Of a stretch of DNA of 64,000 bases, positions 38,744 through 47,806 are shown one piece after another. The stretch lies in assembly GCA_965217185.1 (NCBI GenBank), contig OZ244252.1:2624001-2688000 (forward strand), in the 5' to 3' direction. This stretch comes from an uncultured Candidatus Entotheonella sp. (GTDB lineage: Bacteria; Tectomicrobia; Entotheonellia; Entotheonellales; Entotheonellaceae). Made by a program: the position numbers and the translations under genes. The notes beneath the pieces are model-generated. The model worked only from the letters and a program-made list of their open reading frames with translations, was not told the DNA's origin and did not search any database. Each line of letters begins with the position of its first letter. Position 1 is the stretch's first letter.

Positions 38744-40471
38744 TTGTTCACCATTCTTGGACACTTGGCAGGCGCGCTTGGGCTCTTCTTCATGGGTGCA
38801 AGGTTCCTGACGGAGCAACTGAAGACGCTGACCAATCGCCGCTTGCGCCTGAGTGCCATCCGCTGGACCAACAACCCCTGCATGGGGTTTGTCTGGGGCC
38901 TGATTGCCGGCTCGGTCATGCAGAGCATGACGATTTTGACGTTCGTCGTCGTCAGCCTGCTGAAGTCGGACCTGGTTTCTCCCAAACGAGCGTACCCCAT
39001 CCTCCTCGGCTGCAATGTGGGCGGGGCGCTGCTGGTGTTGATCGTGATGTTGGATGTCAAGCTGATAGCGCTGTACATCCTGGGCCTTTCACAGATTGTC
39101 ACCCTCGTCATCGCCCGAGACCAGGCGTCCCGCTATCGGGCCATGGCCACCGCGTGTTTCGGGCTGGCCTTGATCATCCTTGGCTCGATCATGCTCAGGG
39201 AGTCCGTCGTCCCCCTGGCCACTTATCCCTGGTTCCAGGAAGCCGTGGAATGGATGGGCGACTCGCTGATCCTCCCGTTACTGATCGGCGCCTTGCTCAC
39301 CCTTCTGGCGCAATCGACGGGTCCGGTAATCATGATCAGCATCGGCATGGCCACGGCCGGACTCCTAGCCACCGAGCAGGTCCTCATCCTCTATTGCGGC
39401 GCTTGCCTGGGCTCGAGCCTGGGTCTGTACCTGTTGACCATGACCATCACGGGTCGTGCCCGGCAGGTGGCCATGTACCAGGTGCTCTACAACGTCGTGC
39501 TCAACGCCATCTTCGTGCCCCCGATCGTTGTCGAAGCGTATCTGGACGTGCCGTTGGTCGCGGCCGCGGTGCACGCCAGCGGGCTCCCTCTGGCCCAGTC
39601 GCTGGCGATGTTTATCATCTTCTCTGAAGCGGCCACGGCCGCCTTCCAACTCGCCACCCTGCATTTCGGCGTCCGCTGGATCGAACGTTGGTGGCCGCCG
39701 ACGGAAGTCGAAGCGTTGGCGAAGCCGCTATTCATTCACGACCTTGCCTTGGACGACGTGGAAGCCGCGCTGCGGCTGGTGGATCTCGAACAGCGGCGGT
39801 TGCTGGAGATGCTGTCGCGTTATCTTGACACCGTGCGGTCCGGTACCGAACTGAGCGAACTGCGCGAGGCGGCCAAGGCCGTTCTGGGCCGCCTCGAGGA
39901 GTTCCTGGGCGATCTGGCGGAGCGTTGTCTCAACGAGAAGATGGCGGATAAGCACGGTTCAATGATCGTGCGCCAGAAGTTGTTCACTCGGTTGGAAGAA
40001 CAGGTGGTCGAATTGTGCGAAGTGCTCCGCGATCTGCCCCCGCAACGGTCGCTCGACAACTGGTCTCCGGCGCTCGTCGAAGGGATCGACGTCGTGTTTC
40101 TCGTGCTGATCGATACCCTGGAGTCGGACGACGCGGCGGCCTGGCCGTTGACGACGCAATTGGCGCGGGAGCGCGGCGAGGACCTCCACAGGCTCCGCGA
40201 CATGTCCTTGAAGGACGAACCGACCTTGGCCCCCGATGAACGCAAGAGGGTGCTCAAGCTTGCCAGCATCATCGAGCACATCTTCCTGCTGTTGTCGCTC
40301 TTGGTGCACAAGTACCGACAAGCCTCCAGGATCGACGAGGCCTTCCTGGACCACGCCGATTTGGAAGAGCCTATCACCGCGTCAACGGCGCACACGGATG
40401 TCCATTATGCAGCAAGAGAACGATTTGCGTTTGCAAATGGGGAAGTATCAGAAAGTGCGGGCAAGTTGTAG
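38744..40471 (+). CDS. Na/Pi cotransporter family protein, paralogue 1
   Basis: GLFFMG, MQS, LGCNVG, GACLGS, C-terminal PhoU-like helical region; AGGAGG RBS with TTG. Confidence 0.82.
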   Translation: MFTILGHLAGALGLFFMGARFLTEQLKTLTNRRLRLSAIRWTNNPCMGFVWGLIAGSVMQSMTILTFVVVSLLKSDLVSPKRAYPILLGCNVGGALLVLIVMLDVKLIALYILGLSQIVTLVIARDQASRYRAMATACFGLALIILGSIMLRESVVPLATYPWFQEAVEWMGDSLILPLLIGALLTLLAQSTGPVIMISIGMATAGLLATEQVLILYCGACLGSSLGLYLLTMTITGRARQVAMYQVLYNVVLNAIFVPPIVVEAYLDVPLVAAAVHASGLPLAQSLAMFIIFSEAATAAFQLATLHFGVRWIERWWPPTEVEALAKPLFIHDLALDDVEAALRLVDLEQRRLLEMLSRYLDTVRSGTELSELREAAKAVLGRLEEFLGDLAERCLNEKMADKHGSMIVRQKLFTRLEEQVVELCEVLRDLPPQRSLDNWSPALVEGIDVVFLVLIDTLESDDAAAWPLTTQLARERGEDLHRLRDMSLKDEPTLAPDERKRVLKLASIIEHIFLLLSLLVHKYRQASRIDEAFLDHADLEEPITASTAHTDVHYAARERFAFANGEVSESAGKL

Positions 40472-40582
40472 ATCTGCACGGATAGCGGCATCTGAATCCG
40501 CATCGCTGCCTGAGTTGCTCGGCACAGCCTGGGCCGCCTCGAGGAGTTCCTTCCGGTTCGTCTTAACAGGAGTATATGGACA

Positions 40583-42286
40583 ATGGTTACTATCCTCGGC
40601 AACTTGGCAGGCGCACTCGGGCTGTTTTTCATGGGTGGAAGGCTCCTTACGGAGCATCTGAAGATGCTGACCAATCGGCGGTTGCGTCTGAACGCCGCCC
40701 GTTGGACGAGCACTCGCTTGAAGGGATTTGTGTGGGGCTTGGTTGCCGGGGCGATCATGCAAAGCACGGCGGCCTTGACGCTCGTTGTCGTCAGCCTGCT
40801 GAAGTCCGATCTGATCTCCCCCAAACGGGGGTTCCCGATCCTCCTCGGCTGCAATGTCGGCGGCGCCCTGCTGGTGTTGATCGTGATGTTGGACGTCAAG
40901 CTGACAGCGCTGTACATCCTGGGCATTGCACAGATTGTCACCCTTGTCGTGGCCCGAGACAAGGTGTCGCGTTACCGGGCCATGGCCACCGCGTGTTTCG
41001 GGCTGGCTCTGATGGTCCTTGGCTCGTTCATGATCCGGGAGTCCATGGTCCCTCTGGCCACCTATCCCTGGTTCCAGGAAGCCATGGAATGGGTGGGCGA
41101 CTCGCTGATCCTCCCGTTGGTGGTCGGCGCGTTGCTCACGCTCGTGACGCAATCGTCGGTCTTGGTAATGGTGACCGGTATTGCCATGGCCATGGCTGAT
41201 CTCCTTTCCATCGAGCAGGTTCTCATATTTTATTGCGGCGCTTGCCTGGGAGCGAGTCTGGGTCTGTACCTGTTGACCATGACCTTCACGGGTCATGCCC
41301 GACAAGTGGCCATGTACCAGGTGCTCTACAATGTCGTGCTCAACGCCATATTCGTACCCCTGGTCTACGTCGAGGTATATTTTGACGTGCCGTTGATCGC
41401 CGCGGCAGTGCAGGCCAACGGTCTCTCTCTCCACCAGTCGCTGGCGATGTTCGCCATCTTCTCCGAAGCGCTCACCGCCGCGCTTCAGCTCACCACCCTG
41501 GATCTCGCCGTCCGGTGGACCGAACGCTGGTGGCCGCCGACGGAAATCGAGGCGTTAGCCAAGCCGCAATTCATCCACGACCGCGCCTTGGACGACGTGG
41601 AAGCCGCGCTGCGGCTGGTGGATCTCGAACAGCGGCACCTGCTGGAGATGTTGTCGCGTTATCTGGACGCCGTGCGATGCGGAAGCGATACCAAATCAAA
41701 CCAGCTGCGCGAGGCGGCCAACCACCGCCTCGGTCGCTTGGAGGAGCTCCTGGGCGATCTGGGGGCACACTGTGTCGACCGGGAAATGGACGTGCACAAT
41801 TCATTGATGACACGCCAGAAGCTACTCACATGGTTGGAGGAGCAGGTGATTGGGTTGTGCGAGGTGCTGCACACCCTGCCCCCGCGATCGTCCCTCAATA
41901 CCTGGTCGATGGTACTCGTCGAGGGGATCGACGTCGTGCTGCTGGTACTGATCGACACCCTGGAGTCAGACGACGCATCGGCCTGGCCGTCAACCACGCA
42001 GTTGATGGGTGAACGTACCAAGGAACTCCGCAAGTTCCGTGACACGGTCCTGAAAGACGAATCAATCTTGGTACCAGATACACGAACGAAGGTACTCAAG
42101 CTTGTCAGCATCACCGAGCATGTCTTCCTGCTGATATCGCAATTGACGCACGAGTATCGCCAAGCCTCCAGGGTCGACGAGATGTTCCTTGAACACGCCG
42201 ACATGGCGTTATACCAGATGAGGCACGAAGCGCCCCGAGAAGACCGGGACAGCGTCGGAGGATTGGCATTAACCAGGGGTGCGTAA
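40583..42286 (+). CDS. Na/Pi cotransporter family protein, paralogue 2
   Basis: Collinear with paralogue 1 along its whole length, with long identical stretches. Confidence 0.82.
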   Translation: MVTILGNLAGALGLFFMGGRLLTEHLKMLTNRRLRLNAARWTSTRLKGFVWGLVAGAIMQSTAALTLVVVSLLKSDLISPKRGFPILLGCNVGGALLVLIVMLDVKLTALYILGIAQIVTLVVARDKVSRYRAMATACFGLALMVLGSFMIRESMVPLATYPWFQEAMEWVGDSLILPLVVGALLTLVTQSSVLVMVTGIAMAMADLLSIEQVLIFYCGACLGASLGLYLLTMTFTGHARQVAMYQVLYNVVLNAIFVPLVYVEVYFDVPLIAAAVQANGLSLHQSLAMFAIFSEALTAALQLTTLDLAVRWTERWWPPTEIEALAKPQFIHDRALDDVEAALRLVDLEQRHLLEMLSRYLDAVRCGSDTKSNQLREAANHRLGRLEELLGDLGAHCVDREMDVHNSLMTRQKLLTWLEEQVIGLCEVLHTLPPRSSLNTWSMVLVEGIDVVLLVLIDTLESDDASAWPSTTQLMGERTKELRKFRDTVLKDESILVPDTRTKVLKLVSITEHVFLLISQLTHEYRQASRVDEMFLEHADMALYQMRHEAPREDRDSVGGLALTRGA

Positions 42287-42557
42287 AGGCGATGCGGCGC
42301 ACGCCCTTGGCCTCAGCTACTGGCAGGCACGGCGCAAGATCATCCTGCCGCAAGCCATTACGGTGGCCATCCCGGCCATCGTCAGCCTGACCGACCTGCT
42401 GCTTGCCATGCGCCAGGCCATCGCCGACCCGCTGTGGCGCCGGTTTTTCATCGAGGGTTACGTCTTCATCGCGTTGATTTACTTCGTGGTGTGTTTCTTC
42501 ATGTCGAAATACAGCCAATACCTGGAAACGCAGTTCCGTAGCGAACAGCAGCACTAA
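42287..42557 (+). pseudogene. 3' remnant of a polar amino acid ABC transporter permease
   Basis: AAHALGLSYWQ...IILPQA..EGYVFIALIYF; N-terminal part absent and the FKDTSL segment missing. Confidence 0.8.
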
Positions 42558-42591
42558 ACCGCCCCTTGCGGGCTGATGAAGGAGAACTGGC

Positions 42592-43344
42592 ATGGCCACA
42601 GCGGGCGCCGGAGCGATGGTGCACATGCAGGGCTTGCACAAGTGGTATGGTCAGCTACACGTGCTCAACGACATCAACCTGGACGTGGCCCGGGGGGAGC
42701 GGGTTGTCATTTGCGGGCCGTCAGGTTCCGGCAAGTCCACCCTGATTCGCTGCATCAACCGGCTGGAGGAGCACCAGCAGGGCCGCCTGCTCGTTGACGG
42801 CGTGGAACTGACGAACGATCTCAAGAACATCGACACCGTGCGGCGCGAGGTGGGGATGGTGTTCCAGCACTTCAACCTGTTCCCGCACCTGACCGTGCTG
42901 GAGAACTGCACCCTGTCGCCCATGTGGGTGCGCGGACGGCCGCGGCGCGACGCCGAGGACCTGGCCATGCAGTACCTGGAGCGGGTGCGGATTCCCGAGC
43001 AGGCCGCCAAGTACCCTGGACAGCTCTCCGGCGGCCAGCAGCAGCGGGTGGCCATCGCCCGCTCGCTGTGCATGCAGCCCAACATCATGCTTTTCGACGA
43101 GCCCACCTCGGCGCTCGACCCCGAAATGATCTCCGAGGTGCTCGACGTGATGATCGACCTTGCCGAGTCCGGCATGACCATGCTTTGCGTCACCCACGAA
43201 ATGGGCTTCGCCCGCCAGGTCGCCAACCGCGTGATGTTCATGGACGCCGGCGAGATCATCGAAGCGAGCCCGCCCGAAGCCTTCTTCAACAACCCGCGAT
43301 CTGAGCGCACCCGCCTGTTTCTGAGCCAGATTTTGTCCCATTGA
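42592..43344 (+). CDS. Amino acid ABC transporter ATP-binding protein (AapP/GlnQ-like)
   Basis: [41 protein letters not shown]. Confidence 0.95.
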   Translation: MATAGAGAMVHMQGLHKWYGQLHVLNDINLDVARGERVVICGPSGSGKSTLIRCINRLEEHQQGRLLVDGVELTNDLKNIDTVRREVGMVFQHFNLFPHLTVLENCTLSPMWVRGRPRRDAEDLAMQYLERVRIPEQAAKYPGQLSGGQQQRVAIARSLCMQPNIMLFDEPTSALDPEMISEVLDVMIDLAESGMTMLCVTHEMGFARQVANRVMFMDAGEIIEASPPEAFFNNPRSERTRLFLSQILSH

Positions 43345-43354
43345 CGTGTGGATT

Positions 43355-43384
43355 GTCGGATTACGCGGCGCTGATCCGACCTAT
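43355..43384 (-). repeat. GTAG-type REP palindrome, degenerate
   Basis: - strand ATAGGTCGGATCAGCGCCGCGTAATCCGAC. Confidence 0.8.
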
Positions 43385-43560
43385 ATCCTCCCCGGCTGAC
43401 CGCCGCATTCAGGAAGCGCCAAAAAGTGTGGGGCGATTGCGGATTCGTGTGAGGAGAGGAATTGAGCCGTGGCACCCAAGACTGAAGCTGTCTGGGACAG
43501 GGCACCTGAAACATAATCGTGCGCCCTTGAATGTCCCCCGTTTTTTGGCACTCCCCCTAC

Positions 43561-45034
43561 GCTCGACTTTGTACGAATTTGGTCAAGTCAGTGCGTGTAA
43601 CAGGCCGATTGCATCAAGCGCTGCAGATAGACCCGAGGGATTTCTACCCACTCGGTATCGGGCGTTGATGTTGAAAAATACTCAACCTCCCACAGGTGCT
43701 GCCGTACCGCTGCCAAAGCGTCGCTAAACGTCGCCTGCTCCTTGGCATACCAAGCACTCTGTCGCACCGCCAAGCGACCGTCCAGATACAGGTCATGAGC
43801 CAGCAACGCCACCAGCGAATACAAGCTCAGCAGACACGGCGTCGTGCGTTCGATCGCCAGGTCCGACCACTGACGCTGGGTCTCAAAGCCCAAGTGGGCG
43901 CGGCTCTCTTCGAAGGTCGTCTCAATGCTCCAGCGCTTGATGAAACACGCCACGACATCACCTGCCCGGTCACCGGGACACGTCGAGAAGAAGGCCCGTG
44001 GCGGGTGCTGAGCGTCACAGGGACGTACCAGGACCCACCGGAGCGGCAGCACCGGCTGGCCGCTGCGGTACCACAGGGCAGTCCCGCTACTGATTTGCAA
44101 GCGTCGCACGCGGCCATCGTACCAGCGCACACGCAGGCATTGCCAAGGAGTCGCCGCGTCGTGCAGGCGCTCGGCCAAACTGGGCAGCCGCTTGCCCTTG
44201 TGACGGGGTCGCCCCCGCGTGCCCGGCTGGCGAGGCGGCGGCGCTTCGTGAAGCACCGCATCAAGGCGCAAGGGGGCAATCAGGCGCACCTCACACTGCC
44301 GGCAGGCATGGCCGAGTTCGACGACACTATAGGATTGATCGCCGAGTACGGTGATGGCGACGTGCGGCAACCAGCGTCGCACCACCCAGATCATCTGGCG
44401 TGCCCACTGGGCGACGGTCTTGTGTCTCAATCCCAGGCGCTCACTGACCCGTGGCGTTGGCGCCGGGACGCTCAAGATGGGCAAGGCCCAGCAACGGCTA
44501 TTCCAGGGTGGCGTGATGACCAGGGTCAGCACGATCCAGCGAAGGCCACTGGTGCTGACGGTGCGCTTGCGGCTGGAAGCCAGCGGGTCGCGGTAATGAC
44601 CGCGCTTGTTGATGCGTCGGCCCCAGCGTCGCTCCAACGTTTCGTCAATGACGAACGTGAGGCTGCCGCCAGCGGCATCGAAGGTCTGCACCAGCATGGA
44701 TAGCAGACAGCGACTGCCTTTGAGAGCGGACCAGCGAGCACGATTGAACACCTGATGGTAGAGACTGAACGACGGGGTATCGCCCTGCCCCGTGTGTCGC
44801 AGGGCGGTCGTGACGGTGCGTCGTCCGTGGGCCAACAGGGTTCCGACGAGCAGGCGTTGGGCTTTGCGCCAAGTGGGTGCGCTAAAGAGACTTTGAAAGG
44901 GCGCCAGGAGGGTGCTAGGGTGTGCTGAAGGGGGCATCGCTGACCTCGCTGCAAGATGGTTGGTGTGGAATCCGTCATCCTACAATACGGCGGCGATGTC
45001 CCTGGAGCCCTCCTCATTTTGTACAAAGTCGAGC
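43561..45034 (-). mobile_element. IS701-type insertion sequence, full length (1474 bp)
   Basis: Inverted repeats GCTCGACTTTGTAC at both ends; TAC duplicated on both flanks. Confidence 0.92.
43588..44937 (-). CDS. IS701-type DDE transposase
   Basis: VIDETLE, LGDQSY, RWSIETTFEE. Confidence 0.92.
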   Translation of the reverse strand: MPPSAHPSTLLAPFQSLFSAPTWRKAQRLLVGTLLAHGRRTVTTALRHTGQGDTPSFSLYHQVFNRARWSALKGSRCLLSMLVQTFDAAGGSLTFVIDETLERRWGRRINKRGHYRDPLASSRKRTVSTSGLRWIVLTLVITPPWNSRCWALPILSVPAPTPRVSERLGLRHKTVAQWARQMIWVVRRWLPHVAITVLGDQSYSVVELGHACRQCEVRLIAPLRLDAVLHEAPPPRQPGTRGRPRHKGKRLPSLAERLHDAATPWQCLRVRWYDGRVRRLQISSGTALWYRSGQPVLPLRWVLVRPCDAQHPPRAFFSTCPGDRAGDVVACFIKRWSIETTFEESRAHLGFETQRQWSDLAIERTTPCLLSLYSLVALLAHDLYLDGRLAVRQSAWYAKEQATFSDALAAVRQHLWEVEYFSTSTPDTEWVEIPRVYLQRLMQSACYTH

Positions 45035-45056
45035 TACGGGGATGCCGCCTGCCAGC

Positions 45057-45677
45057 TCACGCGACAGCCGCATCGAGCAACTTCTGACCGGGCGCTTTCA
45101 CCGTGCCGTCGCCGTTGACATACATGTAAAGGGTCGTCGTGGTGATGCCGAGGCGCTGCGCCAGGTCCTGCGCGTTGGTGTCGCGCTCTGCCATGGCGCG
45201 CATCGCCATACGCAGCATGGCCACGTCCATCTTGCGCGGCCGGCCGCCCAGACGGCCTCTTGCCCGGGCCGCTGCCAGGCCGGCACGGGTGCGCTCGGCG
45301 ATCAGCTCGCGCTCGAATTCAGCCAGTGACGCGAAGATGCCGAAGACCAGGCGGCCGTTGGCGGTGCTGGTGTCGATCTCGGCGCCGGCGCCAGCGAGCA
45401 CGCGCAAGCCGACACCGCGGGCGCGCAGATCGTCCACGGTGGTCACCAGATGTTTCAGGTCGCGTCCCAGGCGGTCGAGCTTCCAAACGACGAAGGTATT
45501 GCCCGGCTGCAACGCCTTCAGGCAGGCCTCAAGACCTGGGCGGTAATCCCGGCGTCCCGAGGCGCGGTCTTCGTAGATGCGCGTCTCATCAACATCGGCG
45601 CCGAGCAGGGCGTCGCGCTGCAGGTCCAAGAGCTGGCTGCCGTCCGCTTTTGAGACGCGCGCATAGCCAATCAGCAT
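45057..45677 (-). CDS. Serine recombinase (resolvase/invertase)
   Basis: MLIGYARVS, RPGL, VWKLDRLGR, AEFERELIAERT..GL..ARARGRLGGRP, C-terminal HTH. Confidence 0.95.
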   Translation of the reverse strand: MLIGYARVSKADGSQLLDLQRDALLGADVDETRIYEDRASGRRDYRPGLEACLKALQPGNTFVVWKLDRLGRDLKHLVTTVDDLRARGVGLRVLAGAGAEIDTSTANGRLVFGIFASLAEFERELIAERTRAGLAAARARGRLGGRPRKMDVAMLRMAMRAMAERDTNAQDLAQRLGITTTTLYMYVNGDGTVKAPGQKLLDAAVA

Positions 45678-45925
45678 GCTGTCTGTACTCCCTATCAGAA
45701 TAGACAGTAAGTATCATGAAACCTTGTGAAGAATTATACAATGGGTTTTCTTGCGGAGATCGACGAATGTTTAGGCTTCGGCGAGAGGTATGAGAAAAAC
45801 GTGCGTTTTCTTTGTGGAAGAAGGCCCTGGGATAGCTCGGAGGGGAACCATCATGGAGACGGTGAGAGGCAACCGGTCTCACAGTCCCGGTTCCAGTCTC
45901 AACAAGGTGGGTCCGTCTCAACTTA

Positions 45926-47228
45926 GGACTCTCGCCAAAATAGATCATTGATTAGCGTCTTGGGGACACCGTATAGTTCCACTCCCCATGGAACTTATCG
46001 CGTTCGATAGCAATTCTCGCCAGCTGGTCCTCCGTCACCTCTCGACCCGTCGGATAGCTCCCGTCGTCCAACTCCGCCTGTATCTCCAGACCGCCCTTCG
46101 TAGTCGTGTTGCCGATCAAGTTCACCACCGCCTCACGGCTTACCAACGGGCGTCCACGCCAGTTCTCGGTAATGTGACAGAACATCCGGTGCTCGATCTT
46201 GTTCCACTTGCTCGTTCCGGGCGGAAAATGGCACACCGATATCGCCAGCCCCAGCTCATCGGCGAGCCGCTGCAGCTCCAACTTCCACAGGCGGTTGCGG
46301 CTGGCGTTGGAGCCGCCACCGGCCGCCGTGATCAGCAAGCGCTGTGCCCCGCCATAGACACGCCATCCCATCTGCCGCCACCAACGCCGAATCGTCGCCA
46401 CCGCAAACGCCGCCGTGTCGGGGTCCACCCCGACACTGACCCAGCCCTCGTTGGCCACCAAGTCGTACACCCCGCAAGGAATCGCCTTGCCCAACTCCTT
46501 GTCCGGGAAGTCGTACACCTTCACCTCCTCCGGCCGCCCCTGCGGTCGCCATTCTCGCCCGCCGTTGCGGTACTGGCCTATCAATTCCTTCTTCTTCGTG
46601 TCTACCGATATCACCGGCTGACCCTGCTCCTGGAATGCTTGGCAGCGTTCGTTGATATGCGCAAACTGCGCGTCCCGATCAGGATGCTGGCGGCCTTCCA
46701 GCGTCTTGCGGTTCGTCTGCAACCGGTAGCCCAACTCGTGCAGCATCCGGTTCACCGTCCGTTCACTGACCGGATGACCCGCCGCTTGCAGTTGCGCGGC
46801 CAACTTCGCTGCACTTTTGCAGGTCCAGCGCAACGGACTTGTCGGATCACCACGGCTGAGTGGTTCAACCAACTGCTCCAACGCCGTGCGCAGGTCCGGG
46901 TCCTGTTCGCTCAGCCGCTTGCGGCCCCCGCCCGCTCGGCGTTGCCGTCCCGCTGGCGCCGCTGGCGGACCCTGCGATTGCGCAGCGCCCAGTTCCTGCA
47001 AGCCTGCGCGTACCGTGCTGCGTGCTATCCCGGTCGCCTGGAACACCCGTTCGATCCCGCCACGACCGATGGCGCGGGCTTCGGTCGCCGCCCATCGACG
47101 CCGGCCTCGTTCGTCCAACAACGGCTTCAGTGCCTCGAACTTCTCTTTGATGGTCTGCGACACGGCGTTCATCCGCACAGCCTACCAGGTTATTCGTAAA
47201 AATGGATGATCTAATTTGGCGAGAATCC
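45926..47228 (-). mobile_element. ISAzo13 family insertion sequence
   Basis: Inverted repeats GGACTCTCGCCAAAATAGATCAT / GGATTCTCGCCAAATTAGATCAT; TTA duplicated on both flanks. Confidence 0.92.
45952..47178 (-). CDS. ISAzo13 family transposase, possibly inactive
   Basis: RGDPTSPLRWTCKS, HPDRDAQF, ISVDTKKKE, PPGTSKWNKIEHRMF, FHGEWNY. Confidence 0.92.
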   Translation of the reverse strand: MRMNAVSQTIKEKFEALKPLLDERGRRRWAATEARAIGRGGIERVFQATGIARSTVRAGLQELGAAQSQGPPAAPAGRQRRAGGGRKRLSEQDPDLRTALEQLVEPLSRGDPTSPLRWTCKSAAKLAAQLQAAGHPVSERTVNRMLHELGYRLQTNRKTLEGRQHPDRDAQFAHINERCQAFQEQGQPVISVDTKKKELIGQYRNGGREWRPQGRPEEVKVYDFPDKELGKAIPCGVYDLVANEGWVSVGVDPDTAAFAVATIRRWWRQMGWRVYGGAQRLLITAAGGGSNASRNRLWKLELQRLADELGLAISVCHFPPGTSKWNKIEHRMFCHITENWRGRPLVSREAVVNLIGNTTTKGGLEIQAELDDGSYPTGREVTEDQLARIAIERDKFHGEWNYTVSPRR

Positions 47229-47567
47229 TTAGTAAAGCAAGAACCGCCAGAAACCGTTCAGCACCGTCAGGGCCACGGCGCCGATCAGTGTGGTGGTCAG
47301 GCTCTCGATTTCAAACCCCTCAAGCAGCTTGTCGGTAAGGAACAGCAGCACGGCGTTGATGACGAAGACGAACAGCCCGAAGGTGAGCAGCATCGGGATG
47401 AAAGCGATGAAACCGAGAACGCCCGACAGCAGGGTTTGCAGCACGCCGTAGACGAGGGCGGCGAGCACGGCGTGGCCGAAATTGCGGAGGTGGAAGCCCG
47501 GCAGGAACCTTGCGATGGCAGTGAGCGAACCGGCGGACAGAAGCAGGTAAATGAGCCAGCGAATCAT
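47229..47567 (-). CDS. Phage-holin-family/YvlD-like 4-TM membrane protein
   Basis: LLTFGLFVFVINAVLL motif; GGAG RBS. Confidence 0.85.
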   Translation of the reverse strand: MIRWLIYLLLSAGSLTAIARFLPGFHLRNFGHAVLAALVYGVLQTLLSGVLGFIAFIPMLLTFGLFVFVINAVLLFLTDKLLEGFEIESLTTTLIGAVALTVLNGFWRFLLY

Positions 47568-47806
47568 CCTCAACTCCAGTGGCGAGGGGTGAACATCGGC
47601 GAAGCCGTTAGACTTTGTAAGCCCGCGTCGTCCCGGCGGTCAAGACCAAACCCTCCGGCGCGGTGCGACGGGCGGCGGCGTTGGCACTTCTCACGGCCGC
47701 CGACTTATAATAGACTTTACTGCACCAATCCGCCTCACCAACGCGTCCGTCCTTGGCGCGCGTTTAACCCTTCGATAACAGGACCCATACTGTGGCACAA
47801 GAAGGC

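Noticed and set aside
36798..45034. Composite transposon formed by the two inverted IS701 copies
   Set aside because: The full copy has its own TAC duplication and the outer flanks do not match, indicating separate insertions.
47229..47567. Prophage lysis gene
   Set aside because: The family is common in chromosomes and no endolysin or phage structural genes are nearby.
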